The notes under the pieces were generated by a model. That model was not told the DNA's origin. It saw only the letters and a program-made list of their open reading frames with translations, and made no database searches. Below are positions 35,007-44,302 of a stretch of 64,000 nucleotides of DNA, in pieces. The position numbers were made by a program, and so were the translations under genes. This DNA comes from Candidatus Micrarchaeota archaeon. GTDB lineage: Archaea > Micrarchaeota > Micrarchaeia > Anstonellales > J096. The stretch lies in the NCBI GenBank assembly GCA_026982895.1, contig JALWQW010000019.1:16500-80499 (forward strand). The letters run 5' to 3'. The stretch's first letter is position 1. Each line of letters opens with the position of its first letter.

Positions 35007-38000
35007 ATGCCAAAAAACCTTTTAAGAGCCTTTAAACAAGGCTCGCAGAATACAGAGAGCAAGACTATAATCCAAACCCAGCCCAAAGTCGATGCTAATC
35101 TTAAAGACAATAATAAGAAACGCAGAAATAATTTCTTCAAGAAGCTCTTACTCATTCCAGTAATTCCAGCACTCTTAAATTTTATGGTGCCTTCGTATAC
35201 TCTAGCGAAGACGAACGATATCGATAACCAGTATGTCGCTGCTAGAGACGAAGCCAAAAAGACGGTTGGAAATGTTGAAAGATTTTTAGACGATGCTTAT
35301 ACATATATACACGACGCTAAACGAAATAGCAGGGATTATGTCCTTTCTGCCGCGCGCTTGAAGGCAATACTGTCTAGAATTAGGCGCATCGTTGATAAAT
35401 TAAATCCACGAGATGGCTTGCGCAATAAATACAATAAAGTTAGGGATGAGTACGAAGAGCTCTATGAGCGTGCAGCAGCCATAGATGAGGCTTTTCGTCA
35501 CTATGAGGAAGCTTTAAAGGGAAAACCACCTACGAAGGCTAGCCTATTGGAAATGGATAAAGCCTTGAAGGATTTGGAGCGTCTTTTATCTGTGAAGGGA
35601 GGAAAGAAGCGTGTCATAACTAAGAAGGTTCTCGTCGGCAAAAAGAGAGTTTATAAGAACGTCCATTCGCAAAAGATAAATCTTAAAGAGGAGCTGAATA
35701 AAATAAACATCCCTTTCTTCTACAAAACATATATTCCCTCTGTTATTAAAGCTATAAAATCGAGGAAACCCCTCTCCGCTATAAAAGGAACATATGGCAT
35801 GATTTTCGGCAACGCCAACCTCGAAAGGATATACACTGCTTATTGGTCAAGTGGAAGGAAAGAAGTGATTGAAGTTCCCATCTATAAGGAAGTGAAGGAA
35901 GTTGTTTATGAGGGTGGAAATAGAGAGATTATTGCGAGAATGCTCTACCCTTACTTGCCTGCTTATTATGTCGATAAGTGGAAATCTGCCAGCATGTCGA
36001 CCAGTGATTTAATGAACTTCTTAAGGGGTTTTGATTCAAGGGCCTCTACCCTTCTAGATACTCTAACTGTCGATGATGATGGCATCTTTGATTTATACAA
36101 TGTGAAACACACGACGATGCCTCAATTGGGCACAGCTGAAAAAGTTTTCTTGCTTAAATCTATCGACCCAGAGCTTCTCAATAATTTAGAAAAAGCCAAG
36201 CTCATAGCATTTTCAACTGCTTTAAGAGGGCCTTTGGCTATTCGTTTAGCCGCTATTGAATATCTTTGGCCTGCTTTGGATAAACAGTATAATGACCCGT
36301 ATCTCGTAAATAGGGCTGCTGAGATTGTTATTGGTTATGCTAATTCTATAGCTTCTCAAAATGCCCCTCATCTAGCCACGCTTTACATAGAGGATGTATC
36401 TAAAAAAATAGGTGCTATGCGCCCGAACATAAGGGATGTGCGCGCTTCTGTAATAGATGAAGATATGCATGTCTATACTCCAGCTCCATGGGAAAAGCCT
36501 TTTGAGCGTTTTATGTATGGTTACAATCCTTCTATATATGCTAATGCTCAATTTAGAAAGTCCATATTGGCTAATAATATTGCATTGGCACCCTCTGCTC
36601 TATTGGGCGCGTCGGCTGAAAATCCTTTACAGCCCATATTCAAAAGCGATGCGCAGATAAGGCAAGAAATAGGAAGGCCTCTTTTAAGAGCAGGTGCTTC
36701 ACCTTCTTCGCCTACGACATACCTTCCGCGCACATATCTCAACGAGAGCGCCTTAAAGCCAGCAAGGGCTTATTATCCTAGAGGAGGGCTTGTGTTGTTT
36801 TCGAATGTAGATGGCGCGTTTTACGGTGAATGGAAGGGTCATGAAGGTTCTGACGGAAAGCGTTATTCGAGGACGGTCAGCGGCAACTTCCACTATGAAG
36901 AGGACCAAAAGAGAGGAATAAATATCTCTGCCGATAGTTCTGTTTCAGATGGCTACAATGCTACGCGATTATCTGAAGATTTCTACAACCGCGGCGATAC
37001 TTGGCAGATTGGCGGAGCAGGCAATACGGAGAGGACTTCTCAGAGAGATATTGATGAGTATGGTCTTTATTATGAGAGTCCCTTTGTGGATACAAGCGCT
37101 TCATATAATAAATACAAGATGCGCTCCGCTTTTTCTAATCCACAACCTCCTCAATTGAGGGAGGGTGTCCATTTCAATGCCAATTCAGAACATTTCGGGC
37201 TTGATGCTGATAAGTATAGGAGCACATTCTCCGATGATAAAAGTAAATATGGCAGCGGCGATAATTTAGCAGCTATTAAAACGGGTAAAGTTGGAGGTTC
37301 TGCCGACATAGTCGTTTTAGGTGAAGCTGGTGCTTCTAAGGTAGAAAGTATAGAGGAAAATTATCCTTCATCCCAAACAACCTCTAATGAAGGTATGGGT
37401 TTTGCTGATGCTCAATACAAAGTTGGAGGCGGGCTTTATTATAAGGGATACAATCAGCAAGGTGGTGGAGCTGATTATTCTGGAAGATATTATGCTGATA
37501 TCGTCGCTAGAAAAAGCTCAAACGCTAGTAGGGTGGATGCCACATTCTCCGATAGACAGAGCTTTGGAGCCAAGGCTTATCTTGAAGGGAAGGATGGTGG
37601 TATTTCAGCAGTTGGCAAGAGAAGTGATTGGAAAGCAGGCATTAATTATGAACACAAAGGCTCTGAAAATAATGGAGAGTTTCATGTAGCTCATAAGCCA
37701 TGGTTTGGTGGTGTGAGCAGTGATTTTAAGAAGGGCTTTGATGCTTATTTAGGCGGCGAAGGAAAGATAAACGGTGTGGCGGCATATGGGCAAGATGCTG
37801 ATAGTAAGGGAGCATATCTCTATCTCGGCGAACCTGCTTTGAAATATACAGGAGCTTATGAGCAGGCAGGAGGCTGGGCAACCTTCAACGGTTTAGCCGC
37901 TGATAGAGGAGAGCTTTTAACTCTCTATGGATGGGATGAAGGGCATAGTATGGATGTTTCTGGCAGAGTTGTTTTAGGCAAAGACATTAACCTAGAAGTG

Positions 38001-38684
38001 GGCGGCAATTACTTTTTACCTCTTCATAAGAGGCCCAATCAAGCTCTTTGGCTTATATTGTATCCAAGCGAGATGGACTGGTATGTATTTGCATCGTACA
38101 ATAGAGCCTATACTAACATACAACCTTTCCTTTACATAAACGGTTCCAAGCCATCATCCATGGATTTCTTTGGCATTTTAGCAGGCATAGATGCTAATGC
38201 AGTTCTTGTTCAGAATGTTGAGCTGGCAGCAGGCCTTAATTACAATAAATACTCGCGCAGAGATTACGGTAAAGATGCTATTTTAAATACAGGAAACAAT
38301 TTCATAAGCGGTCAGGCTCTATTAACAGCAGATTATAATGGGCAAAGAGGCGCTGCTTTGAGATTTGAATGGGGTAAGGAAAGTAGAAACTATTCAAGAA
38401 TAACCCTTCCAAAGGCAGATGTTCTAATAATGAGCGGTTCAAGGCTAAGCCTTTTAGTTCAAGGCGCTTATACCTATAATCCAAATGGCAGGGCTTATGG
38501 AGGAGCTATTGGCTTTAATTGGGCTGGCTACAAGGAAAAAGCTGATTTCAATGGGTATTGGAGCTTAGAAAGTACAGCAGGAATCATTGTGCCTATGCCC
38601 AGGACTTATGATTACATTGTTAGTATTAGAGCCACTGTAAGCATAGACGCTCTTGGGAGCTTGGTGGATAGAATAATAAAATAA
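35007..38684 (+). CDS. Large secreted protein, 1225 aa: helical N-half and G/Y/aromatic-rich beta-strand C-half
   Basis: Signal-like KKLLLIPVIPALLNFMVPSYTLA|K. From about 36780 many short amphipathic strands (AGINYEHK, GFDAYLGG, VELAAGLNYN, GAALRFEWG, LLVQGAYTYN, GGAIGFNW). Confidence 0.7.
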   Translation: MPKNLLRAFKQGSQNTESKTIIQTQPKVDANLKDNNKKRRNNFFKKLLLIPVIPALLNFMVPSYTLAKTNDIDNQYVAARDEAKKTVGNVERFLDDAYTYIHDAKRNSRDYVLSAARLKAILSRIRRIVDKLNPRDGLRNKYNKVRDEYEELYERAAAIDEAFRHYEEALKGKPPTKASLLEMDKALKDLERLLSVKGGKKRVITKKVLVGKKRVYKNVHSQKINLKEELNKINIPFFYKTYIPSVIKAIKSRKPLSAIKGTYGMIFGNANLERIYTAYWSSGRKEVIEVPIYKEVKEVVYEGGNREIIARMLYPYLPAYYVDKWKSASMSTSDLMNFLRGFDSRASTLLDTLTVDDDGIFDLYNVKHTTMPQLGTAEKVFLLKSIDPELLNNLEKAKLIAFSTALRGPLAIRLAAIEYLWPALDKQYNDPYLVNRAAEIVIGYANSIASQNAPHLATLYIEDVSKKIGAMRPNIRDVRASVIDEDMHVYTPAPWEKPFERFMYGYNPSIYANAQFRKSILANNIALAPSALLGASAENPLQPIFKSDAQIRQEIGRPLLRAGASPSSPTTYLPRTYLNESALKPARAYYPRGGLVLFSNVDGAFYGEWKGHEGSDGKRYSRTVSGNFHYEEDQKRGINISADSSVSDGYNATRLSEDFYNRGDTWQIGGAGNTERTSQRDIDEYGLYYESPFVDTSASYNKYKMRSAFSNPQPPQLREGVHFNANSEHFGLDADKYRSTFSDDKSKYGSGDNLAAIKTGKVGGSADIVVLGEAGASKVESIEENYPSSQTTSNEGMGFADAQYKVGGGLYYKGYNQQGGGADYSGRYYADIVARKSSNASRVDATFSDRQSFGAKAYLEGKDGGISAVGKRSDWKAGINYEHKGSENNGEFHVAHKPWFGGVSSDFKKGFDAYLGGEGKINGVAAYGQDADSKGAYLYLGEPALKYTGAYEQAGGWATFNGLAADRGELLTLYGWDEGHSMDVSGRVVLGKDINLEVGGNYFLPLHKRPNQALWLILYPSEMDWYVFASYNRAYTNIQPFLYINGSKPSSMDFFGILAGIDANAVLVQNVELAAGLNYNKYSRRDYGKDAILNTGNNFISGQALLTADYNGQRGAALRFEWGKESRNYSRITLPKADVLIMSGSRLSLLVQGAYTYNPNGRAYGGAIGFNWAGYKEKADFNGYWSLESTAGIIVPMPRTYDYIVSIRATVSIDALGSLVDRIIK

Positions 38685-38701
38685 ATTTGTTTTTTACTCC
38701 G

Positions 38702-40675
38702 TCATTTTCTAGGAGCTAGGATTATTTGTCCTGGATAGATTGTCCTACCACCTGATAAAACAACGCTGCGATTCCCATATAGTCTTTTGATTCTTGAGAT
38801 AGTATAGCCCCTCCTTACTATACCAACCTTTTTGTAGTGCTCTGGCAGAGGTATGATTATTTTCTCTCTGACGTATATTCTTCTGCTGTTGTAGTTAGGA
38901 TTATAGGCTTTGATGAGTTCCCTTGCTTCTCTTCTACTTATCTTGTGAAGCTTTGCTACAAGCATTTCTAATCCATACGGTGTGTCGCCTCTTCTCACGC
39001 GGTAGATAATAGCTTTTTTGCTCTCCTTTATTGCCTTTACCAATTTCTTCTCCTCTTTTTTGATTTTTCTCTCTACTCTTCTTTCCTTTTTTTCTGTCTT
39101 TTCCCTCGTTTTTTCACTGGTTGCTTCTACGATTCCTATGCTTGTTAACACCGCCTTCCCACCCTCAGTTATAGCATCCATGAAGCTCTTAGCCATGTTT
39201 AAGAAGTTGCTCTTTATGTTTGCCTCCATTCGAGCAATGATTTTCTCCTTACTTTCTTTGTCTATGCTTATTATCTCGCCGTTTAAAGCTTCTAGAAGCG
39301 CATCCATTTTTTCGTCGAAAACTTTTGGGTCTTTGGTTGTTATCAATGTGTAGTAATCTTTTAATTTGTCCATAGCTTCTTTTGTCTTTGGTAGAAGGAG
39401 CACTGTTTTGCCTTTTGGAGTGTAGTATCTCTGCTTATTCTCGATACTGTCGTCGAAGTTGTTCATTAGATTGTAGAGTATATCTACATCTTCCTTTTCA
39501 TAATCGTCACCGAGAGCTTTCCTAAGATGTTCCTCTAAGACAGCCTTTAGATTTCTCTCGCTGCGAATGTACTCAATCTTCACTTCGTCTGGGTTTAGCA
39601 GATTGCTGGCTAAGAAATGAACATCTGATACATTGATGGGTATCCCTCCCCTTGTTTTTACTTTTAAATTAGGATCGTTTAGTACAGCGAGTATGGCAAC
39701 AAATCTACCAGGATATGAACCTGCTTCTTTAAGAGTCCTCTTAGTTATATGGTATTTTCTTCTGAAGACTCTACTTCTTATTCCCTTGTACCATTCTCTC
39801 CAGTCTTTTACCCTCCTTATTCTCCCCTCACCAGCGTTGTAGGCTACTGTAGCTAGGAGAATGTCTTTGTTTTTTCTCTGTCCCTTTAAGATTCTCCCAA
39901 AGTGTCTTCCAGAGATGTAAGCGGAGTTGAAGGGTATGTACATAGAGCTGATGTCATAAAAATATTTGATGTTATCTCTTTTTACTTTGCTTAGCACATT
40001 TTTGTAGGTACCATGTAAAAACTGGTAGAGCCCCTTTGCATTTGCATTAGATCCTGCTAGAACTTCAACAGCACCGTTGGCAGAGGGTATGCTCTCTGGA
40101 AAAAAGATATAAGCCAAATCGTCGGAGGATATAGTAACTATTCTTCCCCCTGGCATTTTTACTGATGTGTTTATAGATAAATAGGACTCGCCTAGTACTT
40201 CTTTGAGCCCCTTTTCAAAAGCCGCGTGGTAGAGAGGCAGTGCACCCATTACCCTTTCTATGGATCTGATGTAGGCTTTCTTCATTCCTACGCCATGTAC
40301 TACATAGAGGTCTCTTTTTGCTAAATGGATAAGCTCCTTATCGGGTTCCATGTTTGTAGTTTTTAGGAATTTTACTAGCCACCTTTTCTCCTTTTCTGAT
40401 AAGTCCTCATTTTCAATTGCTGGGCTTAGGGCGTGCTGATTTTTCTCACCGGGCTTTTTTACTATTTTCACTTTCTTTTCAGATTCCCTTACCTTCGTTG
40501 CAGAATGAATACCTGTGCCTATGATACTTATTGTAGCGAGGCCAATACCCATATCCTTCATATAATTTAGCATTTCTCTGCGTGTGAGTTTCCTTTCAAG
40601 GAGAGGCGTTTCATCTATTCGCTTATTTTCCTTTCTTTGAGTTGTGCTGCTATCTTGTTGGTATCTTTCCTCCAT
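38702..40675 (-). CDS. Twin-arginine-signal lytic transglycosylase (SLT/GH23-like) with C-terminal LysM domains
   Basis: TRREML plus hydrophobic helix; SLT motifs PES (catalytic Glu at 40094-40096), AKGLYQF and AYNAGEG; LysM YRVRRGDT...YNPN...IYVREKIIIP and VRRGYTIS...IYPGQIILAP. Confidence 0.85.
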   Translation of the reverse strand: MEERYQQDSSTTQRKENKRIDETPLLERKLTRREMLNYMKDMGIGLATISIIGTGIHSATKVRESEKKVKIVKKPGEKNQHALSPAIENEDLSEKEKRWLVKFLKTTNMEPDKELIHLAKRDLYVVHGVGMKKAYIRSIERVMGALPLYHAAFEKGLKEVLGESYLSINTSVKMPGGRIVTISSDDLAYIFFPESIPSANGAVEVLAGSNANAKGLYQFLHGTYKNVLSKVKRDNIKYFYDISSMYIPFNSAYISGRHFGRILKGQRKNKDILLATVAYNAGEGRIRRVKDWREWYKGIRSRVFRRKYHITKRTLKEAGSYPGRFVAILAVLNDPNLKVKTRGGIPINVSDVHFLASNLLNPDEVKIEYIRSERNLKAVLEEHLRKALGDDYEKEDVDILYNLMNNFDDSIENKQRYYTPKGKTVLLLPKTKEAMDKLKDYYTLITTKDPKVFDEKMDALLEALNGEIISIDKESKEKIIARMEANIKSNFLNMAKSFMDAITEGGKAVLTSIGIVEATSEKTREKTEKKERRVERKIKKEEKKLVKAIKESKKAIIYRVRRGDTPYGLEMLVAKLHKISRREARELIKAYNPNYNSRRIYVREKIIIPLPEHYKKVGIVRRGYTISRIKRLYGNRSVVLSGGRTIYPGQIILAPRK

Positions 40676-40684
40676 AGTATCGCC

Positions 40685-41194
40685 TCATAGTAAAAGAAGG
40701 AGGGGTGGTATCAGCTTTATGCTGCCGTAGACGATGGCTCCGGTTGTCATAAGGTATCTTCCCACACGTGTGCCTGCTAGCAGTTTATAACTAGTCTCTA
40801 AGAGAGTGCCGCTGAATTGAAGGGTGTGGCTCGCTAACTGCCTTAGTGTTTGCTCTTCGTTATTCTCCATGCGTTTGCCTATGAAACGAAGGGTCTTTCC
40901 ACCTCCTGAGAGGGGTGAGAGAAGTAAGGGGGTGCTGGATGAGGTTGCATAAAAAAGGGCTCCAACTTCCCCTAATCCTGAGAGTGTAATGAGGAGAACT
41001 CCTTTTAGTGAGCGGAGACCTCTTTTAATCCCTTTTTCTGACGGTATGCTTGTGAGATTATTTACACCTTTTTTAAATAAAAGATACTCTCTTTTTGCAC
41101 TGCTCTTGGCTTCTATGAAAGCAGCTCTCGTATATTTTTTTATCTCCTCTATTGAAGGTTTTATTACCGTTTTTTTATATTGGCCACCTTCCAT
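40685..41194 (-). CDS. Hypothetical membrane protein, 10 bp upstream of the SLT-LysM gene
   Basis: Two hydrophobic segments; spacing suggests co-transcription. Confidence 0.5.
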   Translation of the reverse strand: MEGGQYKKTVIKPSIEEIKKYTRAAFIEAKSSAKREYLLFKKGVNNLTSIPSEKGIKRGLRSLKGVLLITLSGLGEVGALFYATSSSTPLLLSPLSGGGKTLRFIGKRMENNEEQTLRQLASHTLQFSGTLLETSYKLLAGTRVGRYLMTTGAIVYGSIKLIPPLLLLL

Positions 41195-41271
41195 GTTTTA
41201 TTATTTATGGGTAGAAGGGTTTATAAAGTTATAAGTTGTGGCTTTATGTAAAAATAAAGGAAAGGTAGGGT

Positions 41272-44097
41272 TTACAGCTTAATCAACAACGGCTTTCCAT
41301 CGACCATAAAGCTCTTAGCGCCCTGTTCTTCTTCGGGGCTTATGCCGAAGGTTAGCTCAGAGGCATGGGTTCTTCTCTTTATGTAGTCGGCGAATTTCTT
41401 GGCTATCTCCACTAGCTCGGCATCTCCACCAAGGGTTATGGGCACGATGTTGCTCTCCACTAAGCTTTTCTCCTTCCTCACCATCTGCACCCTCCTTATG
41501 ATCTCGTTGGCCATGCCCTCTTCGTAAAGCTCTTCTGTAACTTTCCCATCTAAACATATCTTACCTTCGTCGTCACACACCAACTCCTCTTTGTCCTTCT
41601 CCGTCTTTATCGTCTTAACGTTCACGAGCTTCATTATCATGCTGTTGAACTTCTTTGTCGCTTCTTTAACATCCGCTGTATCGTCGAGCACGTACAGCGC
41701 CGCTAATGGCCATCTCAGCTTCACCTTAGCCACATTTCTAAGCATTAGGCCTTTACTTATAATATCGAAGGCAATCGTCCCCAAAGTTTCCAAGCGCGTA
41801 TCTATTAACTCTGCTTTTTCATCAGGGATGTTGTATAAGTGTATGCTCTCCTCTTTGCCTTCAAATGCCTTGAAGAAGTTTTGATACACATGTTCTGTTG
41901 CTAAGGGGGTTATAGGAGACAACATCAAGGCTATATTCCAGACAGCAGTGTATATTGTATAGAGTGCCGCCCTCTTATTCTCGTCGTTGGCTATGCGTTG
42001 TTTGGCCACTTTCATGTAGCCCTTGCTTAAATCGTCTATAAGGAGGGAGCGCACCATTCTAACAGCTTTGGCTATCTCCTTTTGGCTGAGGGCCTTGTGG
42101 TACTCTTTTAGCGTCGTATAAACTCTGCTGAGCATCCACCTATCTTCCACGCTTAATTCTTCTGATGGCACATCCTCTATTTTTTCCTTATAATGTCTCT
42201 CTAAAAAGGAGATAAGGTTTAGGAAAACGCCAATATCTGCCTTTGCCTCCTTTATGGCATCCCAACTGAAGCGTGGGTCTTCCCATACATTTGTCGAGAG
42301 GCTGAAGAGCCTAAAACTGTCTACACCCCCTCTTGTTACTATCTCATCGAGGGGCACATAATTCCCCACGCTTTTGCTCATCTTTTCTCCTTTCTCGTCG
42401 ACGAAGAAGCCGTGCATGACGACTGTCTTATAGGGGACTTTGCCATTGTAAATGACACCGCTGCCGAGAATGGAGTAGAACCAACCTCTTATTTGGTCGT
42501 GTCCTTCGAGGATATAATCTGCTGTTTCGCCCCATTCGCCTCCTTGAGATGACCACACTGCATTCCCAGAGTCGAACCACACATCTAAAACATCTGGCAC
42601 GCGCTCCATCTCACCGCCACATTTTTCACATTTAAGCTTTACTTTGTCTATGTATGGCCTGTGCAGGTCTTCGAGTTTTTCAGGCAGCTCTTCTCTACTT
42701 CCAATAACATGAATGTGGCCGCAATCCTTGCACACCCATATAGGCAGGGGGATGCCCCAATACCTCTGCCTGCTTATACACCAATCAGGCGCAGATTTAA
42801 GCAGATTTTCAAAGCGGTCCTTTGCTATGTTTGGCACCCACCTAACTTTCTCAGCTTCTTTAATCATGAGGTCCTTCAATGCTGTGATTTTGAAGAACCA
42901 TTGCTTTGTCTTTATGTATATGAGCGGCGTTTTACAGCGCCAGCAGTGTGGATATCTATGAACTATACGCTCCTCAGCCACTAAAAAGCCCGTATCTTTC
43001 AGCAGCGCTATAATCTCGACATTTGCAGCTCTAACCTCTTTACCTGCGAATTCACCCGCCTCTTGTGTGTATTTACCTGATTCATCTACTGGCGAGAATG
43101 CTTCTATGCCTTTTTCTTGGCCGAGGGCGAAATCCTCAGGGCCATGACCAGGGGCTATATGGACTAAGCCCGTTCCTTCCTCTGCTGAAACGAGCGCCTC
43201 GGACAGATGAACCTGCCTCTCCACCTTTTTACCGATTTTGTCCTCGAAGGGGTGGTCATAAGCTATGCCTTCTAATTCTTTTCCTTCCATCTCTCTTAGG
43301 ACGGTGCCGGATTTCTCTGCCTTGTCAAGCACTTCCTCAGCTTTTTCTTTGAGCAAAATCCATTTTTCACTGTCTTCTGTTTCTAACTCAACATATGTCA
43401 GCGTTGGGTTGGCTGCGACAGCCATGTTAGCGACGAGCGTCCACGGCGTTGTTGTCCATATGATAAGGTATGTCTTTTCTTTGCCCTTTATAGGGAATTT
43501 AACATAGATGCTTGGGTCTGTTTCATCCCAGTATTCGAGCTCGTAGTTAGCTAGTGTCGTTTGACAGCGGGGGCAGTAAGGAACAACATATTCTCCTTTG
43601 TAGAGAAGGTCTTTCTCGTGGGCTCTCTTTATGGTTACCCATGTCTTCTCGATGTAATCATTTTTGTATGTAACATAGGGCTTTTCCCAATCCATCCAGA
43701 CAGCTAAGCTTTGGAATTGTTTGGTCATGATGCCAATGAATGTGTCGGCGAAGGCTTTACATTCCTGTATGAATTTTTCCATACCTATCTTCTCTATGTC
43801 CTGCTTGTTCTTGAAGCCAAGCTTCTGTTCGACTTTAACCTCTATGGGCAAACCATGGGTGTCGAAACCCGGCGTATCCCTTATGTTGTAGCCTCTCATC
43901 CTATGGTAGCGAATGAGCATGTCCTTCATGACTTTATTCCAGCCAGTTCCAGAGTGAATTTCGCCGGTAACATAAGGAGGACCGTCGAGGAAGTAAACGC
44001 GGTCGCCGCTCTCAACTTTTTTCTTCTGTTTGGCATAAATGCCGTTCTTCTCCCAAAAAGCAAATACCTCTTTTTCCAATTCTTCATGTTTGTACAT
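41272..44097 (-). CDS. ileS: Isoleucyl-tRNA synthetase (archaeal/eukaryote type)
   Basis: DGPPY...HSG, GFDTHGLPIE, WTTTPWT, GTGLVH.APGHG, WCISRQRYWG, KMSKS. Confidence 0.95.
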   Translation of the reverse strand: MYKHEELEKEVFAFWEKNGIYAKQKKKVESGDRVYFLDGPPYVTGEIHSGTGWNKVMKDMLIRYHRMRGYNIRDTPGFDTHGLPIEVKVEQKLGFKNKQDIEKIGMEKFIQECKAFADTFIGIMTKQFQSLAVWMDWEKPYVTYKNDYIEKTWVTIKRAHEKDLLYKGEYVVPYCPRCQTTLANYELEYWDETDPSIYVKFPIKGKEKTYLIIWTTTPWTLVANMAVAANPTLTYVELETEDSEKWILLKEKAEEVLDKAEKSGTVLREMEGKELEGIAYDHPFEDKIGKKVERQVHLSEALVSAEEGTGLVHIAPGHGPEDFALGQEKGIEAFSPVDESGKYTQEAGEFAGKEVRAANVEIIALLKDTGFLVAEERIVHRYPHCWRCKTPLIYIKTKQWFFKITALKDLMIKEAEKVRWVPNIAKDRFENLLKSAPDWCISRQRYWGIPLPIWVCKDCGHIHVIGSREELPEKLEDLHRPYIDKVKLKCEKCGGEMERVPDVLDVWFDSGNAVWSSQGGEWGETADYILEGHDQIRGWFYSILGSGVIYNGKVPYKTVVMHGFFVDEKGEKMSKSVGNYVPLDEIVTRGGVDSFRLFSLSTNVWEDPRFSWDAIKEAKADIGVFLNLISFLERHYKEKIEDVPSEELSVEDRWMLSRVYTTLKEYHKALSQKEIAKAVRMVRSLLIDDLSKGYMKVAKQRIANDENKRAALYTIYTAVWNIALMLSPITPLATEHVYQNFFKAFEGKEESIHLYNIPDEKAELIDTRLETLGTIAFDIISKGLMLRNVAKVKLRWPLAALYVLDDTADVKEATKKFNSMIMKLVNVKTIKTEKDKEELVCDDEGKICLDGKVTEELYEEGMANEIIRRVQMVRKEKSLVESNIVPITLGGDAELVEIAKKFADYIKRRTHASELTFGISPEEEQGAKSFMVDGKPLLIKL

Positions 44098-44302
44098 AGC
44101 GCCACCTCAATAAGGGCAAAGATGCTCCTTCTTTGAGGCGAGAACTTTAAAAAGTTAGGGGTAAGTGTGGTTAAGAAGCTCTTGGCATAACCACACTAAA
44201 CATTATGAACATTGATGCTGCTATGTGCAGTAGGTTTATTATTTGCTCCTATAAGTTGCCCCTTGCCATAATTAAACCTTAGATAAATTTTTGCTTTTGT
44301 TC

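Noticed and set aside
44100-44140. Hairpin sequestering the ileS Shine-Dalgarno site (riboswitch or T-box-like)
   Set aside because: The 5' arm lies upstream of the start predicted from the TATA box at 44146-44153, and there are no T-box motifs.
44165-44272. 10-bp inverted repeat and a short frame MARGNL*EQIINLL... resembling a pilin with stop readthrough
   Set aside because: The Glu is at +4 rather than +5, the frame is interrupted by TAG, and no pyrrolysine genes are seen. The hairpin may simply terminate the upstream gene.
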